Below are positions 19,686 through 29,520 of a stretch of DNA of 64,000 bases, piece by piece. The first letter of the stretch is position 1. The number at the start of each line of letters is the position of its first letter. The DNA is from an uncultured Bacilli bacterium. GTDB taxonomy: Bacteria; Bacillota_I; Bacilli_A; RF39; UBA660. Under the pieces are notes generated by a model. That model was given only the letters and a program-made list of their open reading frames with translations. It was not told where the DNA came from and searched no databases. The stretch lies in the NCBI GenBank assembly GCA_947623935.1, contig CANQIE010000002.1, positions 2,481 to 66,480 of the forward strand. Direction: 5' to 3'. A program made the translations under genes and the position numbers.

Positions 19686-20519
19686 TTAGGCTCCTACTGG
19701 TGCTTTATCAGCAGCATATACATTAAGTCTAACCGAGAAAGTTTTACCATTGGTTCCACGTTCACTTAATTTACAATCTTTACTTTCATCTGTCATAGAA
19801 GAAACGGTTGTATCATCTGTTATTTCACATTTACATTCAGCGTCTTTTCCATCCTTAGTACAAACATCATTAAACATATTTGTCTTAGTGTCATTAGAAG
19901 TAATGGATTCTGCACCTTTATCCTCATCATAATAATGATCAGAGAACCACATTTGGAAACGATAATAATGAGAATCTTGATTATTATCTTTATCATTTAA
20001 ATCAGCAGATTTAAATGTTCCACTATATAATTTCTTTTGTTTAGCATTTCCATTATATGTATCTAACTCATTAAAGAATTTAGCTTGAACTACATCTTCA
20101 TTATATGTTCCTTCCGTAGCACCTTTCTTTAAACAAAGTCTTACATATTTAGACTCTAATGTTTTTACTTTATCTGGATCCGTAGATTCCTCAACTACTA
20201 TATCATACGAAATATCCATATTTCCTTTAATAGTAGAAGTTACATTAAATTCAAAACTTTCATTTTTACTGTCTACAGCTTCATTCGATACTTGACTATC
20301 TGATATAGGCATCGCATTTGTTAATTCTATTCCTGCTGTTTCTTCATTATACTTAAATACTAACGTACCTGTACTAATGGTATTTTCAGTAGATCCTTGT
20401 CTTGAATAAGTAAAGAACGCAAATGACACTCCTATTACTGCTACTACTAAGATGGCTACGGCTAAAACAGATAATAATACTTGCCGTCCAGTATTATTCT
20501 TATTATTTTCCTCGTACAT
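19686..20519 (-). CDS. TasA/camelysin-like surface protein family, short member (no FGE-like domain)
   Basis: The N-terminus has a TM anchor and FAFFTYSRQGSTENTISTGTLVF, matching the SipW-cognate signal and TasA/Peptidase_M73 N-domain pattern (GTFAyFsD...NtfaaGTLdL). It ends FSVRLNVYAADKAP. Confidence 0.55.
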   Translation of the reverse strand: MYEENNKNNTGRQVLLSVLAVAILVVAVIGVSFAFFTYSRQGSTENTISTGTLVFKYNEETAGIELTNAMPISDSQVSNEAVDSKNESFEFNVTSTIKGNMDISYDIVVEESTDPDKVKTLESKYVRLCLKKGATEGTYNEDVVQAKFFNELDTYNGNAKQKKLYSGTFKSADLNDKDNNQDSHYYRFQMWFSDHYYDEDKGAESITSNDTKTNMFNDVCTKDGKDAECKCEITDDTTVSSMTDESKDCKLSERGTNGKTFSVRLNVYAADKAPVGA

Positions 20520-20539
20520 TTTTCTCATATCCTTTCTAT

Positions 20540-20590
20540 TATAATTAAATTATAATAAAGTTAACCCCCCCCCAGTCAAGCGATTTGACA
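20540..20590 (-). promoter_or_regulatory. sigma-A-like promoter with a G9 tract in the spacer (TTGACT-G9-ttaactt-TATTAT), upstream of 19686..20519
   Basis: Read from the sequence: C9 on the plus strand at 20565..20573, with -35 and -10 hexamers flanking it and a 16-bp spacer. Confidence 0.55.
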
Positions 20591-20738
20591 AAAATTAAAT
20601 GTGAATAATATGTAAATAAAATTTTGTCATATTAAGAAAGACAGAAATATAGTCAATGATATATTGAACTACTCTGTCTTTTTTAATATTTACTTATTAA
20701 ACTTTATTAGTCAATTTGTTTAATTGGTGGAATTAGTT

Positions 20739-22802
20739 TTATTTTTTAATAGGAGCAAGCACTAAGCGAAAAGAGGCTCCACATGCTCCACCATCAGTAT
20801 GTCCAAGATTAAAGATACCCGAAAGTCCGCCCCCGGAAGAACTACCACCACGGTTGAGCCATGGAGCAAACGTGTATACAAACATAGCTCTAGCTTTATG
20901 CCATCCAGCTGTCTCTGATAGGGCATGACCATAACATGCTTCCCCATCACATGCTGTTGCCATTTTTGTAGTATCATTTGTTGTATTGGTTGGATTATAT
21001 AAATCATAATATTTGGAAACTGGTAATTCTCTTCCCTCAGATACTGATTTTCCATCATTTAATAAACCATTAAATCCAGAATTAGAATCCATAGTCGCGC
21101 CACTTCTTGAGTTTCCACTATCATCTGCTAAAACACCCATGACAGAATCACCTGATCCACCACTCATATCATATACTCCTGTGATATTTCCTGTAGTAGA
21201 TGCTTTTTGACCTTTACTTGTTTCATAAGTATTTATGTCACAAGTATCAGCACTTTCTTCTGCTTTTGCAGAATCTCCCGCTATTCCTGTAATCTTTTTA
21301 GAACAATTGTTAATATATACTGCCTTTTCATCAATTCCATAAGCATCATTTCCATATTTTCCATACTTACTTTGAGATAAGTAGGCAACTGAAGCCCATT
21401 CACTACTCTTACTCATATGTGTATCATAACTGGTTTGACTACTAGAAAATCCATAAATATTATAATTTGTTGTTTGCATCCTTCTACTTACTTCAAAAGC
21501 AGTTGATACACGGATTCCCTTCCATGAAGTTACATTCGGTTTTATTTCTGGAGTATACGTTTCTTTATCACAGCCAGTATTTACTGAACCACTTGCTGCG
21601 ATACATTCTTCTTTACTACTTGGTTCAAACTTTGCAAACCATATCCCTGTTAATTCATCACTTCCAAAAGTAAAGGCTGGATGCATCTTGTAATTATTTC
21701 CATCACTTACTTGTTTATCTGTTCCTTCTATAAAGTTTATTTCAATTGCTCCTGGATTTTCATAACAATTAAATGGAGCGATTCCAGGTGATGTACAAGT
21801 TTCTGAATCTCCTTTTACATCATTTATGCTTACATAGTTGTATTCATATCTTGGGATCCATACCCACATCGTGTTGATATCATTCATATCAATTACTGTT
21901 CCTGGTTCTGCATCTTGATATTTCTTTCTTGTTGTTGCACTTACTCCATCCGCATCTAATCCTATCGTTACTGCATTCGCCCATTCTTGTATATCATAAT
22001 CATACCAGTCTTTATATAAGTCTGCTTTTCTCCATTCTCCATCTCTATAATAGACTGGTATTAATCCTTCCACTAAATCTGGTGAATTGGCTCCACTTGC
22101 ATCTTTGTATATTGCTGGTTCTCCTGGTTCTAATAATTCTCCATTTTGTGCATATACATTTACTCTTACAGAAAAACTCTTACCATTATACTTCCATGAC
22201 CCATTTACTACTTTATCTGCTTCTTCATCTATCCACATTCTAAACCGATACGTTTCACTATAATTCTCTTTTCCCGCTACTACCGTTCCTTGATATAAAG
22301 TCCTTCCTTCTTTTCCTTCTAATACAGGTACCTGACTCATTTTTAATTTATTATATAAATTAATGCCTTGACTATTAAGAGTATCGCTTACTGGCTCTTC
22401 ACTTTCTAATCCCTCTGTATTCGTTACTCTTGTTAAATAAGTTTTTACGGCATATTCTGGTAAAGTAGATCCCTCTTCTTTGGTTAGATAAATTTCATAA
22501 TTGATATCTGCTCCTTGTGTTGTTGCTTTGATATCAAAATCGAATACTCCTTCTCCTGTTTTATCTAATTTTGTTCCTTTATCATCACTTGTTGGAAATG
22601 CATTCGTTAAATTTACTCCATTCTTTTCTGCTCTTTTTTCATCATAAATAAATGTTAATGTTCCTGTATGTAATGTATTCTCTGTTGTTCCTTGTCTTGA
22701 ATACTGAAAGAAAGCAAAAGTTGTTCCTACTGTGATTAATACTAAGCTTAATACGAGTAGACATACAGCAATGAGTTCTTTTATATTTCTCTTTTTTTCC
22801 AT
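20739..22802 (-). CDS. TasA/camelysin-like N-domain plus FGE (SUMF1/EgtB/PvdO)-like C-domain surface protein, 687 aa
   Basis: The N-terminus is KELIAVCLLVLSLVLITVGTTFAFFQYSRQGTTENTLHTGTLTF. The C-terminal region carries EWASVAYLSQSKYG, GNITGVYDMSGGSGDS, CYGHALSETAGW, RGGSSSGGG and ...GASFRLVLAPI, in the same order as the FGE motifs (EWEYAARGG / GLYDMSGNVWEW / RGGSW / GFRCV). Confidence 0.6.
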   Translation of the reverse strand: MEKKRNIKELIAVCLLVLSLVLITVGTTFAFFQYSRQGTTENTLHTGTLTFIYDEKRAEKNGVNLTNAFPTSDDKGTKLDKTGEGVFDFDIKATTQGADINYEIYLTKEEGSTLPEYAVKTYLTRVTNTEGLESEEPVSDTLNSQGINLYNKLKMSQVPVLEGKEGRTLYQGTVVAGKENYSETYRFRMWIDEEADKVVNGSWKYNGKSFSVRVNVYAQNGELLEPGEPAIYKDASGANSPDLVEGLIPVYYRDGEWRKADLYKDWYDYDIQEWANAVTIGLDADGVSATTRKKYQDAEPGTVIDMNDINTMWVWIPRYEYNYVSINDVKGDSETCTSPGIAPFNCYENPGAIEINFIEGTDKQVSDGNNYKMHPAFTFGSDELTGIWFAKFEPSSKEECIAASGSVNTGCDKETYTPEIKPNVTSWKGIRVSTAFEVSRRMQTTNYNIYGFSSSQTSYDTHMSKSSEWASVAYLSQSKYGKYGNDAYGIDEKAVYINNCSKKITGIAGDSAKAEESADTCDINTYETSKGQKASTTGNITGVYDMSGGSGDSVMGVLADDSGNSRSGATMDSNSGFNGLLNDGKSVSEGRELPVSKYYDLYNPTNTTNDTTKMATACDGEACYGHALSETAGWHKARAMFVYTFAPWLNRGGSSSGGGLSGIFNLGHTDGGACGASFRLVLAPIKK

Positions 22803-22832
22803 ATTTTAATCTCTCCTTTATTATTTATCTAT

Positions 22833-22868
22833 TTCTATTATAAAACTACCCCCCCCCATGTCAACTTT
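22833..22868 (-). promoter_or_regulatory. promoter TTGACA-t-G9-tagttt-TATAAT with a 16-bp spacer
   Basis: C9 on the plus strand at 22849..22857. A canonical -35 and a perfect -10 sit 34 nt upstream of an AAAGGAGAG RBS and the start. Confidence 0.6.
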
Positions 22869-22914
22869 TGGTTAATTTTTTACACTTGAAATGTGAATTT
22901 TACAATTTTTGACA

Positions 22915-22942
22915 AAAGAAAAAAGCGTTAGCACGCTTTTTA
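22915..22942 (-). terminator. bidirectional terminator (AGCGT-tagc-ACGCT, A6 and T5 flanks)
   Basis: Overlaps the stop of the AI-2E transporter gene. Confidence 0.55.
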
Positions 22943-24001
22943 ATCCATAATATCATTTATTTTTTCTTTAATATCTTCTTCATAGAAATTATAAGCACAA
23001 CGAATCGTTATATAAATTGGGATCGCGGCAACGATTCCTAAAATGCCAAAGAAGGCACCACACACTGTAATCGAGAAGATAATAGCCACTGGATTTAAAT
23101 GATTCGTCTTACCATAAATCTTGGGCGAAATAATATAACCATCTACATTAGAGAATATCGCAGCAATCAAGACACTTCCGATTAAAACCGGAACAGAAAC
23201 AACCGATGCTGTAATAATTCCAATACAGTTACCAATAATACCACCGAAGTATGGAATGATAATTGAGATGGCCATGATAACCCCCATAATCATCCAGTTC
23301 GGATGTCCAATTAAACGGTACAATAGTGAATACTCTACTAAGGTTACCATCATGAGGATAAAGAAACCATGGAAATAGTTTCCAATCTCATGATCCAATT
23401 TCTGTACAAAATGCATATGACGTTTTGAAATACGAGAAAGAAATTTCTTAACACTCTCTCTAATCTTATCCATATCGAATAGCAAGTAAATTCCAACGAC
23501 CAAGGAAATGAAGAGATTACCAAGCACATTGAAACTTTTCCCTAAAATATCAATGGTACCTGTTGAAATATAAGTCCCCACTTGTTCAATTAACTTATTT
23601 AAGATATCAGCAATTTTGATTTGCATATCGCCAAGATTAATATCGAATCTCGTGGAAATATCTTGAATAAATTGTGATAAGGAACTAGCGAATAGAAGTA
23701 ATTGGTCATAAATCATTGGTAAAGTTAGCCATAGGATACCTACTACCACGACCATTAAGGTAACTAGGATAATGGCGATGGCTAAATTCTTTCGTACGCC
23801 TTTCTTCTCTAAGAATTTAACAAAAGGATCCAAGACGTAAGCAATGACAAAAGCAAGTAAGAATGGAAGCAATACATTGAATATTTTTAGTAGCCAACTT
23901 CCCCAATATTTGCTGGTATAGACAACAATACAAGCAAGAATGGCAACTAACAAGATATTAAGTAATTGATAATTGACTTTATTTTTATGCATATTTTTCA
24001 C
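22940..24001 (-). CDS. AI-2E family transporter (PerM/UPF0118)
   Basis: About 8 TM helices, with LLPFLLAFVIAYVLDPFV typical of this family. Confidence 0.75.
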   Translation of the reverse strand: MKNMHKNKVNYQLLNILLVAILACIVVYTSKYWGSWLLKIFNVLLPFLLAFVIAYVLDPFVKFLEKKGVRKNLAIAIILVTLMVVVVGILWLTLPMIYDQLLLFASSLSQFIQDISTRFDINLGDMQIKIADILNKLIEQVGTYISTGTIDILGKSFNVLGNLFISLVVGIYLLFDMDKIRESVKKFLSRISKRHMHFVQKLDHEIGNYFHGFFILMMVTLVEYSLLYRLIGHPNWMIMGVIMAISIIIPYFGGIIGNCIGIITASVVSVPVLIGSVLIAAIFSNVDGYIISPKIYGKTNHLNPVAIIFSITVCGAFFGILGIVAAIPIYITIRCAYNFYEEDIKEKINDIMD

Positions 24002-24432
24002 CTCTCTAAAATTATGGTAACAGGGCCATCATTGGTAAAGGATATTTTCATATCTGCACCAAAGATCCCCTTTTGAACAGGAACATACCTCTCTAGTTCC
24101 TGATTAAATAAATCGTACAACTTAGTTGCTTCTTTTCCATTTAAAGCTTGGATATAACTAGGTCTATTTCCTTTCCTTGTATCCGCATAAAGTGTAAACT
24201 GAGAAATGGATAAGATGCCTCCTTTGGTATCTAGCACCGAAAGATTCATTACACCTTTTTCATCATCGAAAATGCGTAAATTAATAATCTTTTGGACCAT
24301 TCCTTTAATCTTTTCAATATCGTCCCCTTCCGTAAATCCTACTAATAAAAGTAAACCATGATCTATTTTCCCCGTTATTTTTCCATCCACTTTACAAGAT
24401 GCTTCAAGGGATCTTTGTACAACTACTTTCAT
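23998..24432 (-). CDS. dtd: D-aminoacyl-tRNA deacylase
   Basis: MKVVVQRS... and the SQFTLYAD motif. Confidence 0.9.
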   Translation of the reverse strand: MKVVVQRSLEASCKVDGKITGKIDHGLLLLVGFTEGDDIEKIKGMVQKIINLRIFDDEKGVMNLSVLDTKGGILSISQFTLYADTRKGNRPSYIQALNGKEATKLYDLFNQELERYVPVQKGIFGADMKISFTNDGPVTIILER

Positions 24433-26576
24433 TAGTGAATAATCCTTTCTACATCCGTAATGTAACTTAATTTTCCTAAATCATTAAAAATACGGTTCAA
24501 ATGGTCTACATCACGAACTAAAATATCTAATTCGTATACGTTGGCATCACTTCGATTAATGGTAAGTGCTCGGTCGAAGGCAGCATCTTGCATACTGATG
24601 TGTTGCATGATTTCCATTAGGTTATTGTCGAGTGAATTCGAGTGAATCACAATCGATGTTAAATAACGCTTTTGCACTGTTTGATTCCATTTTACACTTA
24701 CAGTTCGATTTTCTAAACTTAGTAAATTATGACAATTGCTACGATGAACCGTGATTCCGTTTCCTTTCGTGATATAACCAATGATTTCATCTTGCGGAAT
24801 CGGATTACAACAAGAAGCTAAATTAACTTTGACTTTGTCAATGCCTTCCACGATGATGTCAGCATCTTCCACTTTAGCAACTACTTTTTTGATTTTGTCT
24901 TGGGTCTCATTCTTTTTATACAGAATATTTAATACCGTGTTGACTTGAAACTTACCATTGCCAATATTGAGTTCAATATCTTCAAGTGAGTCTACTTTTA
25001 ATTCTTTGATTAACTTTTCAATATTTTCATCGGTATAGAAATCACTATAACTAATTTTTCTTTTTCGAAGTTCCTTTTCAAGGCTGTCTTTGCCTCGTTC
25101 TATATGAACTTCTTTTTCACTTTTCGTAAAGAAAGAACGAATCTTGTTCTTTGTTTGCGAACATCTAGCAATCGATAGCCACTCTTTAGAAGGTCCTTTC
25201 GAATTTTTATTGGTATTGATTTTAACAATATCGTTATTTTGTAATTCGTAATCCAAAGGCACAATACTATTGTTGACAATGGCTCCTACCATAGTATCTC
25301 CTACTTTGGTATGAACACGGTATGCAAAATCGATGGGAGTGGCTCCTTTTGGTAGTTCAAAGACGTCTCCTTTAGGTGTGAACACATAGATACTATTTTC
25401 TTCCGACTCTTCTTTGATGGTATCAATCACTTCTTCACTATTTAGTTTATCGTTGGAAGAATCGATAATGGCTTTAAAGAACTGTAGCTTTTGTTCCGTT
25501 GTATTCTTAAATACTTCGGAAGCATTTTTATGTTCCTTGTAGGCCCAATGGGAAGCAATTCCGTTTTCCGCTACTTCATCCATGGCATGGGTTCGAATCT
25601 GAATTTCAAAAAGATAACCATCGACACCAAACACCGTGGTATGTAAAGACTGATACATGTTGGCTTTTGGCATTGCAATATAATCTTTGAATCGTTTTGG
25701 ATAAGGACGGTACTTCGAATGAATGAGTCCTAAGGCCATATAACATTCTTGTTCGGTATCGACAATAACACGAAGGGCAAAGAGATCATAAATATCACTA
25801 AACTTTTTCCCTTTATCCAATTTGTTATAGATACTGTAAATACTTTTAGCACGTCCCTTAATTTCATGTTTAATGTGGTGTTCTGTCAAAAGATTGCTGA
25901 CGCTTTCAAGCATTTCGTTTACGGTATTATCGCGTTCAAGTTTGGTATTATTTAACTTTTCTGCAATATCGTAAAAGACATCGGGTTTTAAATAACGAAG
26001 CGATAAGTCTTCAAGTTCACTTTTAATTTTATGAATTCCTAAGTGATGAGCAATTGGTGCTAAAATTTCTAACGTTTCTTTAGCCACCAATTTTTGCTTG
26101 TCTAGTGGAAGTGCATAAAGGGTCCGCATATTGTGAAGGCGTTCAGCTAATTTGATGATGATAACACGAACATCTTCACTCATTCCAACCACAATCTTTT
26201 TGTAGTATTCAATTAAATATTCGTTTTCGACGGAAAAGTTTAATTGTCCTAATTTGGTAACCCCGTATACGAGTTTTGCTACCTCAGGTCCAAACTTTTC
26301 TTCTACTTCTTCCCTAGTGGTATCCGTCTCTTCTAACACATCGTGTAAGAGTCCTGCTTTTATTGCTGTACTATCTGCATACACCGTTGTTAGAATGATG
26401 GCTACTTCTAGTGGATGGGTAATAAATGGTTCTTTATTCTTACGAAACTGTCCCTTGTGCTTTTCGTAAGCAAAATGGTACGCTTCTTCGATTTGTTTAA
26501 CTTCATCCTCTTCCTCGATGTAGGATCTAACACGTTTCAATAAATCATCAAACGTATGGACTTTCTCTTTACTCAT
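24432..26576 (-). CDS. relA: bifunctional (p)ppGpp synthetase/hydrolase RelA/SpoT
   Basis: HD domain (HPLEVA...LLHDVLEDT), synthetase domain, and TGS and ACT regions. The start is at MSKEK, which has an AGAGGTGA RBS. Confidence 0.9.
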   Translation of the reverse strand: MSKEKVHTFDDLLKRVRSYIEEEDEVKQIEEAYHFAYEKHKGQFRKNKEPFITHPLEVAIILTTVYADSTAIKAGLLHDVLEETDTTREEVEEKFGPEVAKLVYGVTKLGQLNFSVENEYLIEYYKKIVVGMSEDVRVIIIKLAERLHNMRTLYALPLDKQKLVAKETLEILAPIAHHLGIHKIKSELEDLSLRYLKPDVFYDIAEKLNNTKLERDNTVNEMLESVSNLLTEHHIKHEIKGRAKSIYSIYNKLDKGKKFSDIYDLFALRVIVDTEQECYMALGLIHSKYRPYPKRFKDYIAMPKANMYQSLHTTVFGVDGYLFEIQIRTHAMDEVAENGIASHWAYKEHKNASEVFKNTTEQKLQFFKAIIDSSNDKLNSEEVIDTIKEESEENSIYVFTPKGDVFELPKGATPIDFAYRVHTKVGDTMVGAIVNNSIVPLDYELQNNDIVKINTNKNSKGPSKEWLSIARCSQTKNKIRSFFTKSEKEVHIERGKDSLEKELRKRKISYSDFYTDENIEKLIKELKVDSLEDIELNIGNGKFQVNTVLNILYKKNETQDKIKKVVAKVEDADIIVEGIDKVKVNLASCCNPIPQDEIIGYITKGNGITVHRSNCHNLLSLENRTVSVKWNQTVQKRYLTSIVIHSNSLDNNLMEIMQHISMQDAAFDRALTINRSDANVYELDILVRDVDHLNRIFNDLGKLSYITDVERIIH

Positions 26577-26593
26577 AAATATCACCTCTTGTC

Positions 26594-26851
26594 TTAGATC
26601 GAAACTTCTTCTTTTGAATAAAGATCTTTTTTCATGTTCTCTTCTTTTGGATCAAATTTTAAAATATCATTTACCATTTCACCTAAAGTTAAATGATGAC
26701 TTCTACTCCACTTTTCTCTTTTTAACGTATCCCAAATGAATTCAACCGATACTTCCCTACATCCTTTTTCTTTTAATTCCCGTTCTCTACATTTTAAGGC
26801 CGGAAGTAAATGATGATACAACTCTATAATATTTTTAAATTCCATATCCAT
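26594..26851 (-). CDS. ComN-like post-transcriptional regulator (YrzD family)
   Basis: The small protein upstream of relA, as in Bacillus. IWDTLKREKWSRSHHLTLGEMVNDIL resembles ComN. Confidence 0.4.
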   Translation of the reverse strand: MDMEFKNIIELYHHLLPALKCRERELKEKGCREVSVEFIWDTLKREKWSRSHHLTLGEMVNDILKFDPKEENMKKDLYSKEEVSI

Positions 26852-26927
26852 AGAAGTGAACCTCTTCTCTAATTTAATTATAAAACAATTTATTAGGATA
26901 GAAAAGTAAAAATCCATGAATCTATTC

Positions 26928-29435
26928 TTATTTTACTTTTCTTTTGGTCTTTTTATTAGAAATAAAATGATTTTCTTTGATGTAAACTCCGATTACGAAA
27001 AGAAGGGTTATTCCTGAGATGATTTTTCCTTCTTTAAATAAAGGAGCTTGATAACTAATTTCAATTTTATGGCTTCCTTCAGAAATAGGAAAGCCTAAGA
27101 AAGCCGTATTTACGATTTCATAAGGCGTATTAACACCATCTACTAAAACCGTAAAGCCAGCATCATACGGAATACTTGTAATAAAATAACTATTCTTTTT
27201 AGCAGTAATTGTACCTTCAATATAGTCCTCTTTTACTTCTATATTTTCCATTGGAGTAATTCGTTTTTGATAATTGGTAAGCAAATTCATATCTAGTAAA
27301 TAGGTTTTAACATTGGTTAACTCATAAGCTCCTTTTGTAAAAGTCAAAGTCAAAGAAGATAAGTCATCATTACTTCCTAAAGGATAATAGAAAGTATGAT
27401 TCCTGTTTCCATAGGTATAAAGATCACAACTTTCTTGATTCGTAACACCGTTAATCTCAATGATTCGACGGTCACTTTCTTTACAAGCAGAATCCTTGGT
27501 TAAATCGAAAGAAAGAAGTAAAACTTTATCTTTGATGTTTTTGTTAAGCGACACTTTCTTTGTCTCTTTATCGTTTAAAATGATATGTAATCCTTCAAGT
27601 TGTTCACTAAGTCCTAAATCTACTTCTTGTAAATGTTGGGTGAACGAAGTGTTATAGACGGTATCAACCACCGCATACTCAAGAAGCGTTGCTATGTTAT
27701 CCGTATATTTTAGAGAATTAAAAAGCGAAGTTGGAAACAGCTGATCACTAGCATAGAACAAAGGAAGGACTTGATCACTTTGATATAGATTTAGGCTACT
27801 TCCTTCTTCTTGTAAGGTATAACCTAACGGAGTATTTTCAGCAATCACATATTTTACACCCATGTAAGATAAGAAAAGTGGATTGAGACTATTTGCTAAC
27901 ATTAAATAATTTTCTTCACTTTGAGGATTTTTCATAATATCAAAATAGAATTTACGATAAGATGGATTTTGAACTGAGCCATAAAGTGAAGTGGTATAGT
28001 AATTGGAAGAATAGACCTGATTCATGGTATGAAAGACATCGTATACCGTGTTCATTCGGTAAAGTGAATTATCTTTGGTCTCCGTTTCCATCACAAAATC
28101 CCGAATTTCATTTTCTTCATAACTTGTATTCGTATCCATTGAAACATAGGCTTCACTTCGATTGATTACAATACAAAGAGGAATTGTAATTAGTAAAGGA
28201 TAAATGAGAAAGCATTCATATTTTTTCTTCTTTTGATAAAAGACAAGAGCTAAATACGTGAAAATTACATCAAAAATAAACAGAATAAGATAATTTTGAT
28301 CTAGCATATGTGTAAAAAAGACAATTAAAATAGGAATTAAAAGAAGTAGTCCTACTCTTTTCCAAGGAAGGGTTTCCTTCTTTTTTTCAAGTTTTTCTAA
28401 AAAGCAAGCTGTTAGTAAAAGCACTAGTGGAATAAACGGAATAAAGACTTTTCCTCTTATATAAAGTCCACCATTTAATAGATAAGAAATCAAAGGAATA
28501 GTTAAGAGAACTACTAAGGAAATAGAAAGTACTTTCTCTTCTTTTTTAGAAGAAAATAGGCTAACTATTAAAGCAAGGAGACAAAGAAGGGATAAGCCCA
28601 TGGTATAGGAATGATACAAAAGATTCCATCCACTTAAATCGGGTAAAAGAGAAGTAATAGGAAATGCTTTTTCCATACCACTTCTTCCACTCATAATAGA
28701 AGAAAAGGCTGGAAGCAAAAGGAAGGAAGCAAGAAGGATACCTAATCCCATCGCTAGTAAAAGATAGACAAATTCTTTTTGAAATAACGTTTTTAATGTT
28801 GTTTTTTTATCTTGGTATTTTAAATAACTATAATAGAGAACAAGAACAAATAGACAAGGAATTCCATAATAGAAACTGGTTAAAAAAATAAGAAAAGTAG
28901 AAATCGTTAATAACGTTGTTTTATGATTCCGAAGGAAGGATTCTACTCCATAAAAGCCTAAGATTAGAAATGGAAAATAATTGACAAACATGAACTGTTT
29001 ATGAAAGTGATATAAAAGTGGACTGGCCGTTAAAAATAAAAGAGATGTTACTAACGCAATAGGAGAAGGGATTTTTTTATGTTCTAAAAAGAAATAGAAA
29101 AAGATAACGGTTCCTAAATAAGTAACAATATTAATGATTTGTAAATACGTCGTCATCGAAAGAAAAGGAAAACAAAAAGACAACAGTAACCAAGGCGAAA
29201 AAAGTCCATAATAGGCTAATGAAAAAAGATTGATGCCGCTTCCCAAATGAAGGAGAAAATTAGGAAATAAATGTCCCGTTTCATAGAAAAGACTCCTAAA
29301 ATAGGTAGCAAAAGTAAGATGTTGATTGAACCAATCGATATCGGATCCAAAAAGATAATATCCTCCTTTGGTACCTATAATCAGTAAAAGTCCAATGGTA
29401 ATAATTAAAAGTACATTTAAATATTTTTTCTTCAT
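26928..29435 (-). CDS. YfhO-family membrane glycosyltransferase (835 aa)
   Basis: About 13 N-terminal TM helices plus a large C-terminal extracytoplasmic domain. The N-terminal pattern YLFGSDIDW...SGINLFSLAYYGLFSP is YfhO-like. Confidence 0.7.
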   Translation of the reverse strand: MKKKYLNVLLIITIGLLLIIGTKGGYYLFGSDIDWFNQHLTFATYFRSLFYETGHLFPNFLLHLGSGINLFSLAYYGLFSPWLLLSFCFPFLSMTTYLQIINIVTYLGTVIFFYFFLEHKKIPSPIALVTSLLFLTASPLLYHFHKQFMFVNYFPFLILGFYGVESFLRNHKTTLLTISTFLIFLTSFYYGIPCLFVLVLYYSYLKYQDKKTTLKTLFQKEFVYLLLAMGLGILLASFLLLPAFSSIMSGRSGMEKAFPITSLLPDLSGWNLLYHSYTMGLSLLCLLALIVSLFSSKKEEKVLSISLVVLLTIPLISYLLNGGLYIRGKVFIPFIPLVLLLTACFLEKLEKKKETLPWKRVGLLLLIPILIVFFTHMLDQNYLILFIFDVIFTYLALVFYQKKKKYECFLIYPLLITIPLCIVINRSEAYVSMDTNTSYEENEIRDFVMETETKDNSLYRMNTVYDVFHTMNQVYSSNYYTTSLYGSVQNPSYRKFYFDIMKNPQSEENYLMLANSLNPLFLSYMGVKYVIAENTPLGYTLQEEGSSLNLYQSDQVLPLFYASDQLFPTSLFNSLKYTDNIATLLEYAVVDTVYNTSFTQHLQEVDLGLSEQLEGLHIILNDKETKKVSLNKNIKDKVLLLSFDLTKDSACKESDRRIIEINGVTNQESCDLYTYGNRNHTFYYPLGSNDDLSSLTLTFTKGAYELTNVKTYLLDMNLLTNYQKRITPMENIEVKEDYIEGTITAKKNSYFITSIPYDAGFTVLVDGVNTPYEIVNTAFLGFPISEGSHKIEISYQAPLFKEGKIISGITLLFVIGVYIKENHFISNKKTKRKVK

Positions 29436-29520
29436 TTTTACCTTCCTCCTTGTGCTAAGGAACCTTCCTAATTCATATCTTTATTATATACTAGTTTTCT
29501 TCTTTTAAGGAAGCGATTTT

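Noticed and set aside
20762-21058. 98-aa ORF nested in the 687-aa family gene, plus several plus-strand ORFs antisense to it (21013-21210, 21467-21673, 21929-22243)
   Set aside because: These are antisense or alternate-frame ORFs within a long coding region. Their leucine- and histidine-rich low-complexity translations are typical of spurious frames in AT-rich DNA.
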